From: a virus
Length of the DNA: 64,000 nt
Direction: 5' to 3' (one strand)
IMG/VR virus record: IMGVR_UViG_3300045391_004184
Span: 1 to 64,000 of that record
Positions 46,771 through 55,687 of this stretch are shown here, piece by piece. Numbering within the stretch: the first letter of the stretch is position 1; every line of letters starts with the position of its first letter. A program made the position numbers and the translations under genes. The notes beneath the pieces were generated by a model. The model ran no database searches and was not told the origin of the DNA. It saw only the letters and a program-made list of their open reading frames with translations.

Positions 46771-47438
46771 TTCAAATCCTCTAATAAATGTTGCGACCGT
46801 TTTAACTTATAATTAATAAATGTTTCCTTTGGGATCACATTTTCAAATATTAATGCTGTTTTATATAATTTTTCCAAATAACGGTTTTTATCATAATTAC
46901 CGTCCCATTTATCCACAAGATTCAATGTCCCATCAGATTTATAATAAAAGAATGCTTTATCACCTTCATTATATTCCGAACCTTGTATTGCATCAAAAAC
47001 CTTTTGTTCATTTAATCTTTCGGGGTTTAAGACTTTCTGTGTCAAAGTTTTCTTCGTGCGCCATCTATTTATATCGGTAATATTTAAAATTTCTTTAGCA
47101 TAATTTTGATAAATTTCTAAAAAATCTGTCTTCTCTTCTATAATTGATTTAATGAGCTTTTCAATAAATTCTCTTAAAGCCGGTTCTCGTTTTCCGTCCC
47201 TTATAGAAGATCCTTTAGTTTTAATCTTTTGACCATCATACAATATATAGTTTTTAGCCTTTAATATAATAACTTTAGAAAATACCCCATCCGGTTCCCA
47301 TCTGATTTTTGAAGGGAATTGATTATTAAGTTCTTCTAGAAGTTTTTGTTGTTCTTCTGAAGAAAATGATTCGCCATTATTTTTTGCGACCATTATAGAA
47401 TCTGTATCACAATTTACAAGTTGGAAATTATAAGTCAT
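46767..47438 (-). CDS. family B DNA polymerase, C-terminal fragment (motif C + thumb)
   Basis: LVNCDTDSIMV (motif C, DTDS) 10 residues from the start. LKAKNYILY (KKRY-like). Confidence 0.8.
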   Translation of the reverse strand: MTYNFQLVNCDTDSIMVAKNNGESFSSEEQQKLLEELNNQFPSKIRWEPDGVFSKVIILKAKNYILYDGQKIKTKGSSIRDGKREPALREFIEKLIKSIIEEKTDFLEIYQNYAKEILNITDINRWRTKKTLTQKVLNPERLNEQKVFDAIQGSEYNEGDKAFFYYKSDGTLNLVDKWDGNYDKNRYLEKLYKTALIFENVIPKETFINYKLKRSQHLLEDLK

Positions 47439-47593
47439 TTTATAAGTCCTAATGCTTTTTTAAGTTTATAGGTTTCTGCAACAGTTTGTTTATGTAATGT
47501 TCCACCTTTTAAACGAGCTTCAATTATTTGTTCTTTTTTTAAAAGTTTTACTCGAATTTTATGTCTTTGACGATCTCGATCAATTTTATTCAT
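47435..47593 (-). CDS. small basic protein (52 aa) inside the polymerase split
   Basis: Not in the ORF track. MNKIDRDRQRHKIRVKLLKKEQIIEARLKGGTLHKQTVAETYKLKKALGLIK. ATGA overlaps on both sides. Confidence 0.5.
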   Translation of the reverse strand: MNKIDRDRQRHKIRVKLLKKEQIIEARLKGGTLHKQTVAETYKLKKALGLIK

Positions 47594-47805
47594 TTCAAAA
47601 AATCTTCCATCTTCTCGTTAAAGTTATTATCATGATCTTCTTTTTCAGAAGCTAAATAATCTTTAGGAATCATCCATCCTTTAATAATAACATAATTTGT
47701 CATTTCTTGATCAACTTTATAATATTCATTTTTATTAAATTCATCTTGTTCAAAATTATTTTTATAATGTCCATTAAAGATTTTAATTCTGTATCTCAAA
47801 TTCAC
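47590..47805 (-). CDS. small protein, C-terminal HxxxFxxKMxxLL family, inside the polymerase split
   Basis: Ends DHDNNFNEKMEDFLK. Overlaps the 3' end of the polymerase N-fragment by 23 nt. Confidence 0.6.
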   Translation of the reverse strand: MNLRYRIKIFNGHYKNNFEQDEFNKNEYYKVDQEMTNYVIIKGWMIPKDYLASEKEDHDNNFNEKMEDFLK

Positions 47806-49276
47806 TCCCTGTCGCCCATTTTATCGCTTGCTTTAAAATCTCTCTTCCATGTTTTGTAATTTCAGAAGCGCCAGATAAATAATTAAAATTTAAACCATTT
47901 GTTCCCATAAAACCATAGGCAGAGTTAATTCCAATTTTTTGGGACTGTTCAATATCTGTATAAAATCTTTCACCCGTTTCTTTCGCAAGTTTTTTATTCT
48001 TCAATCTTTCTTCCGTTAATATTTCAATGATTTGTAGAAAGTTTTTATTTGGATCTTTATGTTTGGGATAAATTTCGTATTGTCTGATAATTGAAGGATA
48101 AAGAGAACTAACATCCCATTTTATACAATTTGAATAAATTCCAGGTTTTCCATAAGAAATTGCGCCCTGAAACTCTTCTTTAATTTCATCAGCTTTTGGA
48201 ATAGAATGTCCATCTTGTAAATAACTTCTAATCATTAAAGAATTAATTTGCGATCCTGTTGCGGATTCTATTACACGCTGAAAACTCATAGGAACGATTT
48301 GAGTCCAATAAAATAATGAGGGGGCCATAAGATCAAATAATTTTAAAGCATCATTACTATCATCTTTACAATAATCCTTTATAAGCTTCCATTCTTTAGG
48401 ATCTTTATATTTATAACGGATTTGAGAAGCATCATAAAACGTTCTATTAGCGTCTATAAGCCCTTCTTGTTCAATGATCTTCTTAAGACCATATGATTCA
48501 TACTTTTTACTTGCTATATCGTATTTAATGGCTAAAAACATGGTGTCCACAAGTTCTCGGCCATAAATATATGCTTTCCTATAATGAATATCTTGAGTTT
48601 GATCTTTTCTAAATTTAGATTCATAAGGGTTAAATTTAATAGGACTTTTATCCATTCCTAATTCTAATTGAATACCTTCTTTATCTGCGATATATTGGAG
48701 GTAGGGAAGATCGTAATTATAAATATTGTGCCCGCAAATAATAGCTGGGTTTTTTTCTCGCACCCATTGGCACCAGGCTTCTAACATTTCTCCTTGAGAC
48801 CAATATTCATCATATGCAAATAATTTTATTTCTACTTTATCTTTATTTCTATATGTATTAGAAATTAAAAGTACTTTTGCGCTCTCGTCCATTTTTAAAC
48901 TTGTGGACTCAATATCAAATGTCAATATGGGAAGATCTTTTGGAGAAAGACCTTTATAATATGTTAGACCTTTATTTATTAGAGAATTTTCTTTTAAATC
49001 ACCGATTGTAAAAGTATCTTTTTCTTTAAGTCTTTTCTTATTGTAATAATATTCACTAATGCTTTTATATTGTTTACCATATTTAAAATGGAGGTTTCCT
49101 TTTAATTTTACCCAATCTTCTTTTTCTTTTCTGGAAGACAATATCCAATAACTATTATCAATTATAGTGGATTTAATTTCATTATTTTCTAAATGAAAGA
49201 TTTCTAATTGTCCATCTAATGGTTCTATGGACACGATTTTTTGAAAATCATTTCTTCCATATATAAGTTTATTCAT
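47783..49276 (-). CDS. family B DNA polymerase, N-terminal fragment (3'-5' exonuclease + motifs A and B)
   Basis: FDIESTS (ExoI), GHNIYNYDLPYL (ExoII), YCKDDSNDALKL (ExoIII), WDVSSLYPSII (motif A), KIGINSAYG (motif B), ITKHGR. Confidence 0.85.
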   Translation of the reverse strand: MNKLIYGRNDFQKIVSIEPLDGQLEIFHLENNEIKSTIIDNSYWILSSRKEKEDWVKLKGNLHFKYGKQYKSISEYYYNKKRLKEKDTFTIGDLKENSLINKGLTYYKGLSPKDLPILTFDIESTSLKMDESAKVLLISNTYRNKDKVEIKLFAYDEYWSQGEMLEAWCQWVREKNPAIICGHNIYNYDLPYLQYIADKEGIQLELGMDKSPIKFNPYESKFRKDQTQDIHYRKAYIYGRELVDTMFLAIKYDIASKKYESYGLKKIIEQEGLIDANRTFYDASQIRYKYKDPKEWKLIKDYCKDDSNDALKLFDLMAPSLFYWTQIVPMSFQRVIESATGSQINSLMIRSYLQDGHSIPKADEIKEEFQGAISYGKPGIYSNCIKWDVSSLYPSIIRQYEIYPKHKDPNKNFLQIIEILTEERLKNKKLAKETGERFYTDIEQSQKIGINSAYGFMGTNGLNFNYLSGASEITKHGREILKQAIKWATGSEFEIQN

Positions 49277-49577
49277 TTAAGAGTTTTTCCATTTTGTTAT
49301 TAAACTCTTTATCATGAGTTTCTTTTTGTAGTCTATTTATAAAATCTTCAAATTTTTCTTTTATTGTATAATGTTTGCCTCCAGACATTTCAATGATTGT
49401 TGTGTCTCCGTTTTTTTCCAAGGAATTAATATTATTTATATTAATGAGTTTTTCTCTTTCAATTAATTGTTGGGGATATGTTGAACCTCCATAAAAAGTT
49501 CCAAAAGATCCTATGTTTTGAGATTGAGGGATATAAGATTGAAATTCCGCAACGGTTATCTTAATATAATTATTCAT
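49269..49577 (-). CDS. small protein, C-terminal HxxxFxxKMxxLL family
   Basis: Ends THDKEFNNKMEKLLNE. Confidence 0.65.
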   Translation of the reverse strand: MNNYIKITVAEFQSYIPQSQNIGSFGTFYGGSTYPQQLIEREKLININNINSLEKNGDTTIIEMSGGKHYTIKEKFEDFINRLQKETHDKEFNNKMEKLLNE

Positions 49578-49894
49578 TTTAACAATTCATCCATCTTATT
49601 TTGAAAAGCTTTTCCGTGACTTTGATAAAATATTTCTTCTGGAGTTTCTTTTACATTCATTTCGCCCCACGATTTTGTATAAAGTGTATTGCCTTCTTTT
49701 GAAGAAGTGATTCTTAAAATTTCATCAGCTTTTATATATTCAACAAATTCCGCACTTTCAACATATGTAGTTTGAACTTGTGAATTTAAAATTGGTTGAA
49801 AAGTTGGGGATGTATTAATGGTGGCTCCAGATTGAATCCAATATCTTACATCACTTTTTTGAACTCTAGTAATTTTAATAAAATCATTATTCAA
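49574..49894 (-). CDS. small protein, C-terminal HxxxFxxKMxxLL family
   Basis: Ends SHGKAFQNKMDELLK. Confidence 0.65.
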   Translation of the reverse strand: MNNDFIKITRVQKSDVRYWIQSGATINTSPTFQPILNSQVQTTYVESAEFVEYIKADEILRITSSKEGNTLYTKSWGEMNVKETPEEIFYQSHGKAFQNKMDELLK

Positions 49895-50217
49895 TTTATG
49901 TCCTCTTTTCTTTCAGGCCCTGGAACTTGTTTTAAAATTTCCTGATACATATCACTTTCTTCTACGCAAGAAATATGTGCAACATGAACTTTTTTAATAG
50001 CCTGTTGAATTTCATCCTCTTTATTAACTTTTCCTAAATAATAATATTCTTCATCATAATCTAATAAAATACCTTCATATTGCATTGGGCTGGTTTCTAG
50101 AATTTGTTGTCCTTCTAAAGAATGCGAAAAGGATTGAACAAGATTTGTTGTAATAATAATTCTTTGGCCCACAAATGATAGAAAGAACGAATCAAGGTTT
50201 TTATCTTCTTTGGTCAT
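49891..50217 (-). CDS. hypothetical protein
   Basis: 108 aa, coupled. Confidence 0.5.
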   Translation of the reverse strand: MTKEDKNLDSFFLSFVGQRIIITTNLVQSFSHSLEGQQILETSPMQYEGILLDYDEEYYYLGKVNKEDEIQQAIKKVHVAHISCVEESDMYQEILKQVPGPERKEDIN

Positions 50218-50520
50218 TTATTTTCCTTCAAGCTGGGCGAGTGTTTCTTTAGCTACTCTATTTGTCACAGAACAATTAACGTCAGTAGCAAGCCATTTTA
50301 ATTTTTCTTTCGCAACCTCAAGCTGTGAGCGGAGGGTTTTGATTTCTTCATTAGCTAAATCTAAATGATGTTTATTCACTACTTCAAAATCTGAGCACAT
50401 ATTAGAATAGCCTTCAGGACCTTGACCTAATTCAAATAATATTCCTTGTTTCAAATCGCGATAGTCACTAAAAAATGCACGCCATATTTGAACGCCTTTA
50501 CCTTTAGCTTCGCTTGTCAT
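50218..50520 (-). CDS. hypothetical protein
   Basis: 100 aa with a C-terminal coiled coil. Confidence 0.5.
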   Translation of the reverse strand: MTSEAKGKGVQIWRAFFSDYRDLKQGILFELGQGPEGYSNMCSDFEVVNKHHLDLANEEIKTLRSQLEVAKEKLKWLATDVNCSVTNRVAKETLAQLEGK

Positions 50521-50705
50521 TTAATACCTTCTTGCTTTCTCATTTCTTTCCACATTTTTGCTATTAATTTATCCAATGCTTTTACTGTTATTGGGCTTTC
50601 TCCCTCTTCTCTTAAAACGCTTTGATAACCAGTTAGAGAAGATAAAACATCTTCCCATTCTTGAGGTTTTAATTTTAGAACTACATTCTTTTTAGGTATT
50701 GGCAT
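50517..50705 (-). CDS. hypothetical small protein
   Basis: 62 aa, ATGA-coupled. Confidence 0.45.
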   Translation of the reverse strand: MPIPKKNVVLKLKPQEWEDVLSSLTGYQSVLREEGESPITVKALDKLIAKMWKEMRKQEGIK

Positions 50706-50980
50706 TAGTCCCTCTCGCCGCGAATTTGGGATAAAGCTTTTTCTCTAATATTATTGCACACAAAAACGGGATGAATACTTGGATCACATTTTTTTAAGGC
50801 CTCTACAGCAAGGGCGAGACGTTCTTCTAGTGCCATAATTTTTAATTCATATGTATTATAGGAATTTGCAGGATGAGAATCCGCCCATTCTATACATTTT
50901 CTTGCGGTTTCATGAATCTGTTTAATGGAATGTGGATATTCTTTTTCAATGTATTGTTGTATTTCTTCTTTTCTGGTCAT
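50705..50980 (-). CDS. hypothetical protein
   Basis: 91 aa, coupled. Confidence 0.5.
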   Translation of the reverse strand: MTRKEEIQQYIEKEYPHSIKQIHETARKCIEWADSHPANSYNTYELKIMALEERLALAVEALKKCDPSIHPVFVCNNIREKALSQIRGERD

Positions 50981-51201
50981 TTAACACCTACTGGACAAAA
51001 TGTTTCATCTGCTATAACTTTAATTGGTGGTATTACAAGTTCAAAAAATATTAATCCTACAGCTAAATTATCCGCATCTAATTTATATACTAGTTTTGGA
51101 TCTTTTTCATCAAAAGCACCAACACATTTTCCATAAGAAGTTTTATCGGTACATCCCATTGCTAAAAATAACATAGAAATTAGTAAAAAGTATTTCATCA
51201 T
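50977..51201 (-). CDS. putative lipoprotein
   Basis: MMKYFLLISMLFLAMGC lipobox. Confidence 0.55.
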   Translation of the reverse strand: MMKYFLLISMLFLAMGCTDKTSYGKCVGAFDEKDPKLVYKLDADNLAVGLIFFELVIPPIKVIADETFCPVGVK

Positions 51202-51365
51202 TCTTCCTCATATTCAATAATAACTTTAACTGTTCCTTGGAATTCTCCAGAAATTCCTTTTACTAAAGGATTGAATCTTTCATCCCACATTTCTTCAATA
51301 TCTCTTGGAAGATCATAAACATCTTCAAACCCATGATATTCTTCTTTAAAAATAACTTTTTTCAT
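51198..51365 (-). CDS. small acidic protein (55 aa)
   Basis: Not in the ORF track. MKKVIFKEEYHGFEDVYDLPRDIEEMWDERFNPLVKGISGEFQGTVKVIIEYEEE. TAATG overlap upstream and ATGA overlap downstream. Confidence 0.5.
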   Translation of the reverse strand: MKKVIFKEEYHGFEDVYDLPRDIEEMWDERFNPLVKGISGEFQGTVKVIIEYEEE

Positions 51366-53290
51366 TAATTATCCCATCCCTTATCATTTTCTTCTTTTAA
51401 TTCCGCTCGCATTTGTTCTAATTGAATTTTCTCTTGAGGGGTCATTTTTCTAATTTCACCCTTTATAGGGTCCCAATGAAAATCTAATGAGAAAATTGGT
51501 CCCATTCTATTCTTTAATCCATTAACAGTGATAAATTTATCCATTCCACTTTCTGAAAGATTGGGGGAATATCCAGGTCTTGAAACTCCTAAAATTACGC
51601 TTAATGATTGTTCAATGGCAGAAGATCCTTTAGCACTTCTATATGATTTAATTTCTGAAGAAGGGTCTCCAGACATTTTTGAGGGCTGGAATAATGATAG
51701 GGCACATAAATTATGTTCAATTGCAAGTCTTCTAATATTTTGTGCTACATATGCTGATGATTGTGTGGGATCTGAATAATCGGTCATTACAAGTTCATTA
51801 TAATCAATTACAATAAATCTTACATCTTGTCCTGATTTTTCTTTTACATGCAAAATAGTATCTTCAATGTCTTTTACAGATTGTCCATTCCAGAAACAAA
51901 AATCAACAGTGGAATATTCTCTCTTTAAAATCTCTTCAAGCTTCTTTTTAAATTCTCCCTTATCGGTTTTAATAAGATCATAAATTTGTTCTTGATTATA
52001 GTTTGTATGTTTTTGTAGAAGTTTTACGCCCACTAATGCATCATACATATCATATGAGAAAAATATACATCTATGTTTTTCTTTTGCCATGTTATGCAAT
52101 ATTTGAAGGGCCAAAGAAGTTTTTCCTGCTGCTGGAGGAGCAATAAGTCCTACAGACATTCCAACAGTCATTCTAATTCTTTTATCTAATTCTTCAATAC
52201 CAGTTTTTACTGTCAATTCATCAATATTTGTAATATAATTTAATGTTCTATTAAATAATTCTCCGGCATCAATTGTTAATACTTTCTCTTCTTCCTTAAT
52301 TCCTAGTTTCTCACTAATTCTTTTAAGGAATGGATCTTCTTTAGGAGAAAATTGTCCGCCTTTCCATTCATCGCTATAAACTCTTTCGGTTTGTGCCCAT
52401 AATTCATCTTTTGAATATTCTCCCTCGCCATATTTTGCGTGGGACATTTTTAAAGCACTTTTTGCTAAATAATATGCACTGTTTCTGTCATAATTTAATG
52501 CTCTACAAGTTGCAAGAATTATAAGACAGGCGTCATTTCTTTCTCCTGGACCAAAATTTCCTTGAACAAGTGCCCATTTGGTTTTGTTCCATCCTTTGGG
52601 ACGTTTTGAAAAATCAATCTCTTCACTGGCAACTGTTTTATTTTCTTTTTTAGGAACTTCTTTTAATAGATCATCCTGTAAATCATATTTTCCATATTCA
52701 AATTTAACTTTTACACTTTCAGGATCTTTTGCCAAATCTTGAATAGAACTAATATATGCCTTTTGAAGCATTTTATAAGTGATAGGAACTTTAAAGAGAC
52801 CGCTGGTTTGATGTTTAGTTTTTGGAACCCTAATAATTCTAGAAGCATTATATAATTTAACATCTAATGTTTCAAGTCCTTTACCAAAAACTTGTGTTGC
52901 AAGTCTTTCAACGGCTTTAGGAGTAAGTTCTTTATTTAAGTTTAAAACAACATTAAATCCTTTACTACCAGAGAAATATATTTCAAGTTTATTAGGATCA
53001 ATGTTTTGAGCTTTTAAACGATCAATGAGTTTTAAAGAATCTTGACGGGCTTTTTCTAAATCACCTTTACAATCAAAGTCCCACCAAATTTTATCGGTCC
53101 TTACATCTTCAATTCCAGAAACGGTTCCAGAGGATTGAAATTGTTTTTTCTGTTCATCGGTATAGTAATATCCAGAAACATAATAATCATTATTAGAATC
53201 TTTAATATGTTCTCGGATCTTTTCAGGTTCAATGAGAATTCCTTTATCATTGAGTCCCTTTGTTAATCTTATAAATTTAGACATCTGCAT
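51365..53290 (-). CDS. AEP-type primase fused to SF4 (DnaB/gp4-like) helicase
   Basis: N-terminal: WWDFD (DxD), YFSGSKGFNV (motif II-like), RIIRVPKTKHQTSGL. C-terminal: Walker A APPAAGKTS, Walker B FIVIDYNE, and RSAKGSSAIEQSLSVILGVSRP. Confidence 0.8.
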   Translation of the reverse strand: MQMSKFIRLTKGLNDKGILIEPEKIREHIKDSNNDYYVSGYYYTDEQKKQFQSSGTVSGIEDVRTDKIWWDFDCKGDLEKARQDSLKLIDRLKAQNIDPNKLEIYFSGSKGFNVVLNLNKELTPKAVERLATQVFGKGLETLDVKLYNASRIIRVPKTKHQTSGLFKVPITYKMLQKAYISSIQDLAKDPESVKVKFEYGKYDLQDDLLKEVPKKENKTVASEEIDFSKRPKGWNKTKWALVQGNFGPGERNDACLIILATCRALNYDRNSAYYLAKSALKMSHAKYGEGEYSKDELWAQTERVYSDEWKGGQFSPKEDPFLKRISEKLGIKEEEKVLTIDAGELFNRTLNYITNIDELTVKTGIEELDKRIRMTVGMSVGLIAPPAAGKTSLALQILHNMAKEKHRCIFFSYDMYDALVGVKLLQKHTNYNQEQIYDLIKTDKGEFKKKLEEILKREYSTVDFCFWNGQSVKDIEDTILHVKEKSGQDVRFIVIDYNELVMTDYSDPTQSSAYVAQNIRRLAIEHNLCALSLFQPSKMSGDPSSEIKSYRSAKGSSAIEQSLSVILGVSRPGYSPNLSESGMDKFITVNGLKNRMGPIFSLDFHWDPIKGEIRKMTPQEKIQLEQMRAELKEENDKGWDN

Positions 53291-53317
53291 TTTAATCCTT
53301 CTATGTTAAATGTTATT

Positions 53318-53378
53318 GTGGAGTGAGGAGGAGGGAAAGGGGGAATGAAGGACGTGCAGCGGTTTCTCCCCACCCCAC
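53318..53378 (-). other. GC-rich stem-loop between genes (RNA-level element on the minus-strand transcript)
   Basis: Minus-sense GUGGGGUGGGGAG...CUCCUCACUCCAC gives 13 bp with two G-U pairs. The same positions are A-C mismatches in plus sense. No U-run follows. Confidence 0.5.
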
Positions 53379-53385
53379 AAACTTT

Positions 53386-53646
53386 TTACTCTTCTTGAAT
53401 AAGAGTTAATTCACCAACAACTGATTCTGGGACTTCTCTCTTATTGTTTGGATTCTTTCTGGGATCTAAAACAGAAATTAATCCATTAGAAATTTGAACA
53501 GGGTCCAATCCTGGACGTTCTACTCTCACTTTGGTTGTAAATTTATATTTTTCATTTGTTGCTTTTTCATTTCCAAGAATGACGTATAAACCTCCACTCT
53601 TAGTGTTTCGCATTAGTGTTCCGATTTTGATATACTTTTTAGCCAT
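53386..53646 (-). CDS. hypothetical small protein (OB-fold/ssDNA-binding is only a guess)
   Basis: Start set at the ATG at 53646 behind AGGAG. 86 aa. Confidence 0.5.
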   Translation of the reverse strand: MAKKYIKIGTLMRNTKSGGLYVILGNEKATNEKYKFTTKVRVERPGLDPVQISNGLISVLDPRKNPNNKREVPESVVGELTLIQEE

Positions 53647-54070
53647 TTTTATCTTCTCCTTCAATGGTTACATTTAATTCGGGTTCTACTTTCTTATCGG
53701 CAGATTCTCTTAAAATCTTTAGGTCATTTTCTTTTTTTGACATTTCAGCGAAACTATGAATTAGCATCACATATTTTGAGACTAATAATTTATCTCCAAT
53801 ATTAAAGGCATCTCGTTCAACTTTTCCTAATGGCTTTAAATGACCTTCTTCTAATGGATATTTCACTAATAGTTTTAATAGTCTTACTAGTCCTTTTTTA
53901 TTTAACGCATTAATATGGCGATCAAAAACAGGCCCGTAAATAGAAAACTGACCGGCATAAGTATCCAGAATATGTCCTTCTTTGGAAGCATTTTGCTCCT
54001 CCTTTTTTAACATTACCTCTTCAACTTGATCTGCTGTTGGTACAATTTGTTCTTTATTATCTTGTTCCAT
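53639..54070 (-). CDS. hypothetical protein
   Basis: Start set at the ATG at 54070 (TAATG overlap), protein MEQDNKEQ... Confidence 0.5.
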   Translation of the reverse strand: MEQDNKEQIVPTADQVEEVMLKKEEQNASKEGHILDTYAGQFSIYGPVFDRHINALNKKGLVRLLKLLVKYPLEEGHLKPLGKVERDAFNIGDKLLVSKYVMLIHSFAEMSKKENDLKILRESADKKVEPELNVTIEGEDKNG

Positions 54071-54294
54071 TAGAAACCATTCTTTCTTTTTAAATATTCT
54101 AATTGTTCCTTTTGACTCATTTGTTGTAAAGACCAATTTTCTGAACAATGTTGAATATATTTTTGTTGTTCATCTGGTGACATATTATTAGGAACAGAAA
54201 TAGTCATAGAAATCATTTTTCCAGAACAAAATACAGGTTTTTCTTCCCATTGTTTTTTTGTTTCAAATAAACTCCCAAATAACACTTTAAACAT
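54070..54294 (-). CDS. hypothetical small protein
   Basis: 74 aa. Confidence 0.45.
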   Translation of the reverse strand: MFKVLFGSLFETKKQWEEKPVFCSGKMISMTISVPNNMSPDEQQKYIQHCSENWSLQQMSQKEQLEYLKRKNGF

Positions 54295-54489
54295 TTATCT
54301 TAGCTCCGTTTCTTGTAATTCCACAGTTAAATAGTTTCCTAAATTTAAATCTACTGCAGCTTTTTGATATTTATCTGCAAAAGATTTTGCTTCTTTTTGA
54401 TCTTGAAACAATTGTTCTCTTTGTTCCAATTCATAAATGGAAGCACTGACTTGATTAATTGTTTTCCAAACTACTTTGTAAACCTTCAT
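54295..54489 (-). CDS. hypothetical small protein
   Basis: 64 aa. GAGGAAGGA RBS lies inside the upstream gene. Confidence 0.45.
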   Translation of the reverse strand: MKVYKVVWKTINQVSASIYELEQREQLFQDQKEAKSFADKYQKAAVDLNLGNYLTVELQETELR

Positions 54490-54742
54490 CTTTTCCTTCC
54501 TCTTGTTTCTTTTCCTTTAACTCTTTTTCTTTTGCCTTTTCTTCAATGGCATCCTTCATAATTTGAATCATTTGATCAACATCTGGTCTTTCAACAGTGC
54601 GAATTTTTAAATCAGTACCAGTTTTTGTTTTTGACATTCCATTTATTAATTCTCCTCTTTCCATAACTTTTTTATAACGGTTCTTAGAACCAAAAGCTTG
54701 TAAAGAGAGATCTTCAAGTTCTGTTCTTTGTTGTTTTGTCAT
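54455..54742 (-). CDS. hypothetical charged protein
   Basis: 95 aa with a K/E-rich tail. Confidence 0.5.
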   Translation of the reverse strand: MTKQQRTELEDLSLQAFGSKNRYKKVMERGELINGMSKTKTGTDLKIRTVERPDVDQMIQIMKDAIEEKAKEKELKEKKQEEGKDEGLQSSLENN

Positions 54743-54880
54743 TTACATTCCTAATCTTGAAAAAAGACCATATGCCAAAAATAATGTCACTAAAACCCAT
54801 AATTTATAATTATTAAATTGAAATTTAGTATATTTACTTAATAGTGCTCCGAAAGTAAAACCCAATACCATAGTTATCAT
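54743..54880 (-). CDS. small two-TM membrane protein (45 aa)
   Basis: Not in the ORF track. MITMVLGFTFGALLSKYTKFQFNNYKLWVLVTLFLAYGLFSRLGM. Fills the gap exactly. Confidence 0.45.
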   Translation of the reverse strand: MITMVLGFTFGALLSKYTKFQFNNYKLWVLVTLFLAYGLFSRLGM

Positions 54881-55401
54881 TAATTATTACCCCATTCACT
54901 ATCATCACCATTTTCTCCTAAAGATGATAATGGACTGGAGGTTGCTCCTGTTGTTCCAGTTTTTCTAAAAGAAGCCTTTTTAACATTGTTAGTTTTTGTT
55001 TCAGAATTTTTTCCAGAAGCAGCATTTGCGTCATCATCTTCTGCTGCCACATTTAAAAAGGATTGAAGTCCGTATCTTCTTGCATATGAAATACCGGAGC
55101 CTTCTTTTTGGGGATCATTTGCATCTTTTGCTTTAATTTCTGTTAATGATGCTAAAAATTCTCCAGATTCATGAAGAAGGACAGTTTGAACATAATTTTT
55201 ACCATTTTCAACAACTGTTGGTTGTAAAACAGTAATATTATTTGCATTTAATGCTGGAAGGACCGCTTCTCTAATAGCATTAAGATCTGCATATGAGCTT
55301 GTGAAGAATGGGTTTGAAGCGGTCTTTTTTGCGGCTCCCATTTCTTGTTGAGCTTTTAAAAGTGCGGGGGCGATTTTTGTGATTGTATCTGATTTTGTCA
55401 T
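54880..55401 (-). CDS. ERF-family single-strand annealing protein (probable)
   Basis: LLKAQQEM...NPFFTSSYADLNAIREAVLPAL...HESGE...GSGISYARRYGLQSFL, pattern recalled for ERF family proteins. Confidence 0.6.
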   Translation of the reverse strand: MTKSDTITKIAPALLKAQQEMGAAKKTASNPFFTSSYADLNAIREAVLPALNANNITVLQPTVVENGKNYVQTVLLHESGEFLASLTEIKAKDANDPQKEGSGISYARRYGLQSFLNVAAEDDDANAASGKNSETKTNNVKKASFRKTGTTGATSSPLSSLGENGDDSEWGNN

Positions 55402-55414
55402 TTATTTTCTCCTA

Positions 55415-55687
55415 TTAATATTCAAACAATTTATTAGCAACGTGAATTCTATATCTTTCTTCAATAAGATCTTTTGTATCCTGTTCTCCAATAACCTTTA
55501 ATTCTGTTTCTTTTGTTTCAAGATTAAAGTTTATTTCAACTAAATTATAATAGCCCTGATCGTTTTTGGCGATTCCTAAAGCTAAAGAATCTAGGGGCTT
55601 TCCTTCAACTTTCTTATATTCTTCCTGGGGACCATTTACTATTAGATTATCGACAGTATTTTCAACTTCTTTTCTTTTACGACCCAT
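55415..55687 (-). CDS. hypothetical protein
   Basis: Start set at the ATG at 55687 behind AAGGAG. The ORF-track start at 55750 has no RBS. Confidence 0.5.
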   Translation of the reverse strand: MGRKRKEVENTVDNLIVNGPQEEYKKVEGKPLDSLALGIAKNDQGYYNLVEINFNLETKETELKVIGEQDTKDLIEERYRIHVANKLFEY

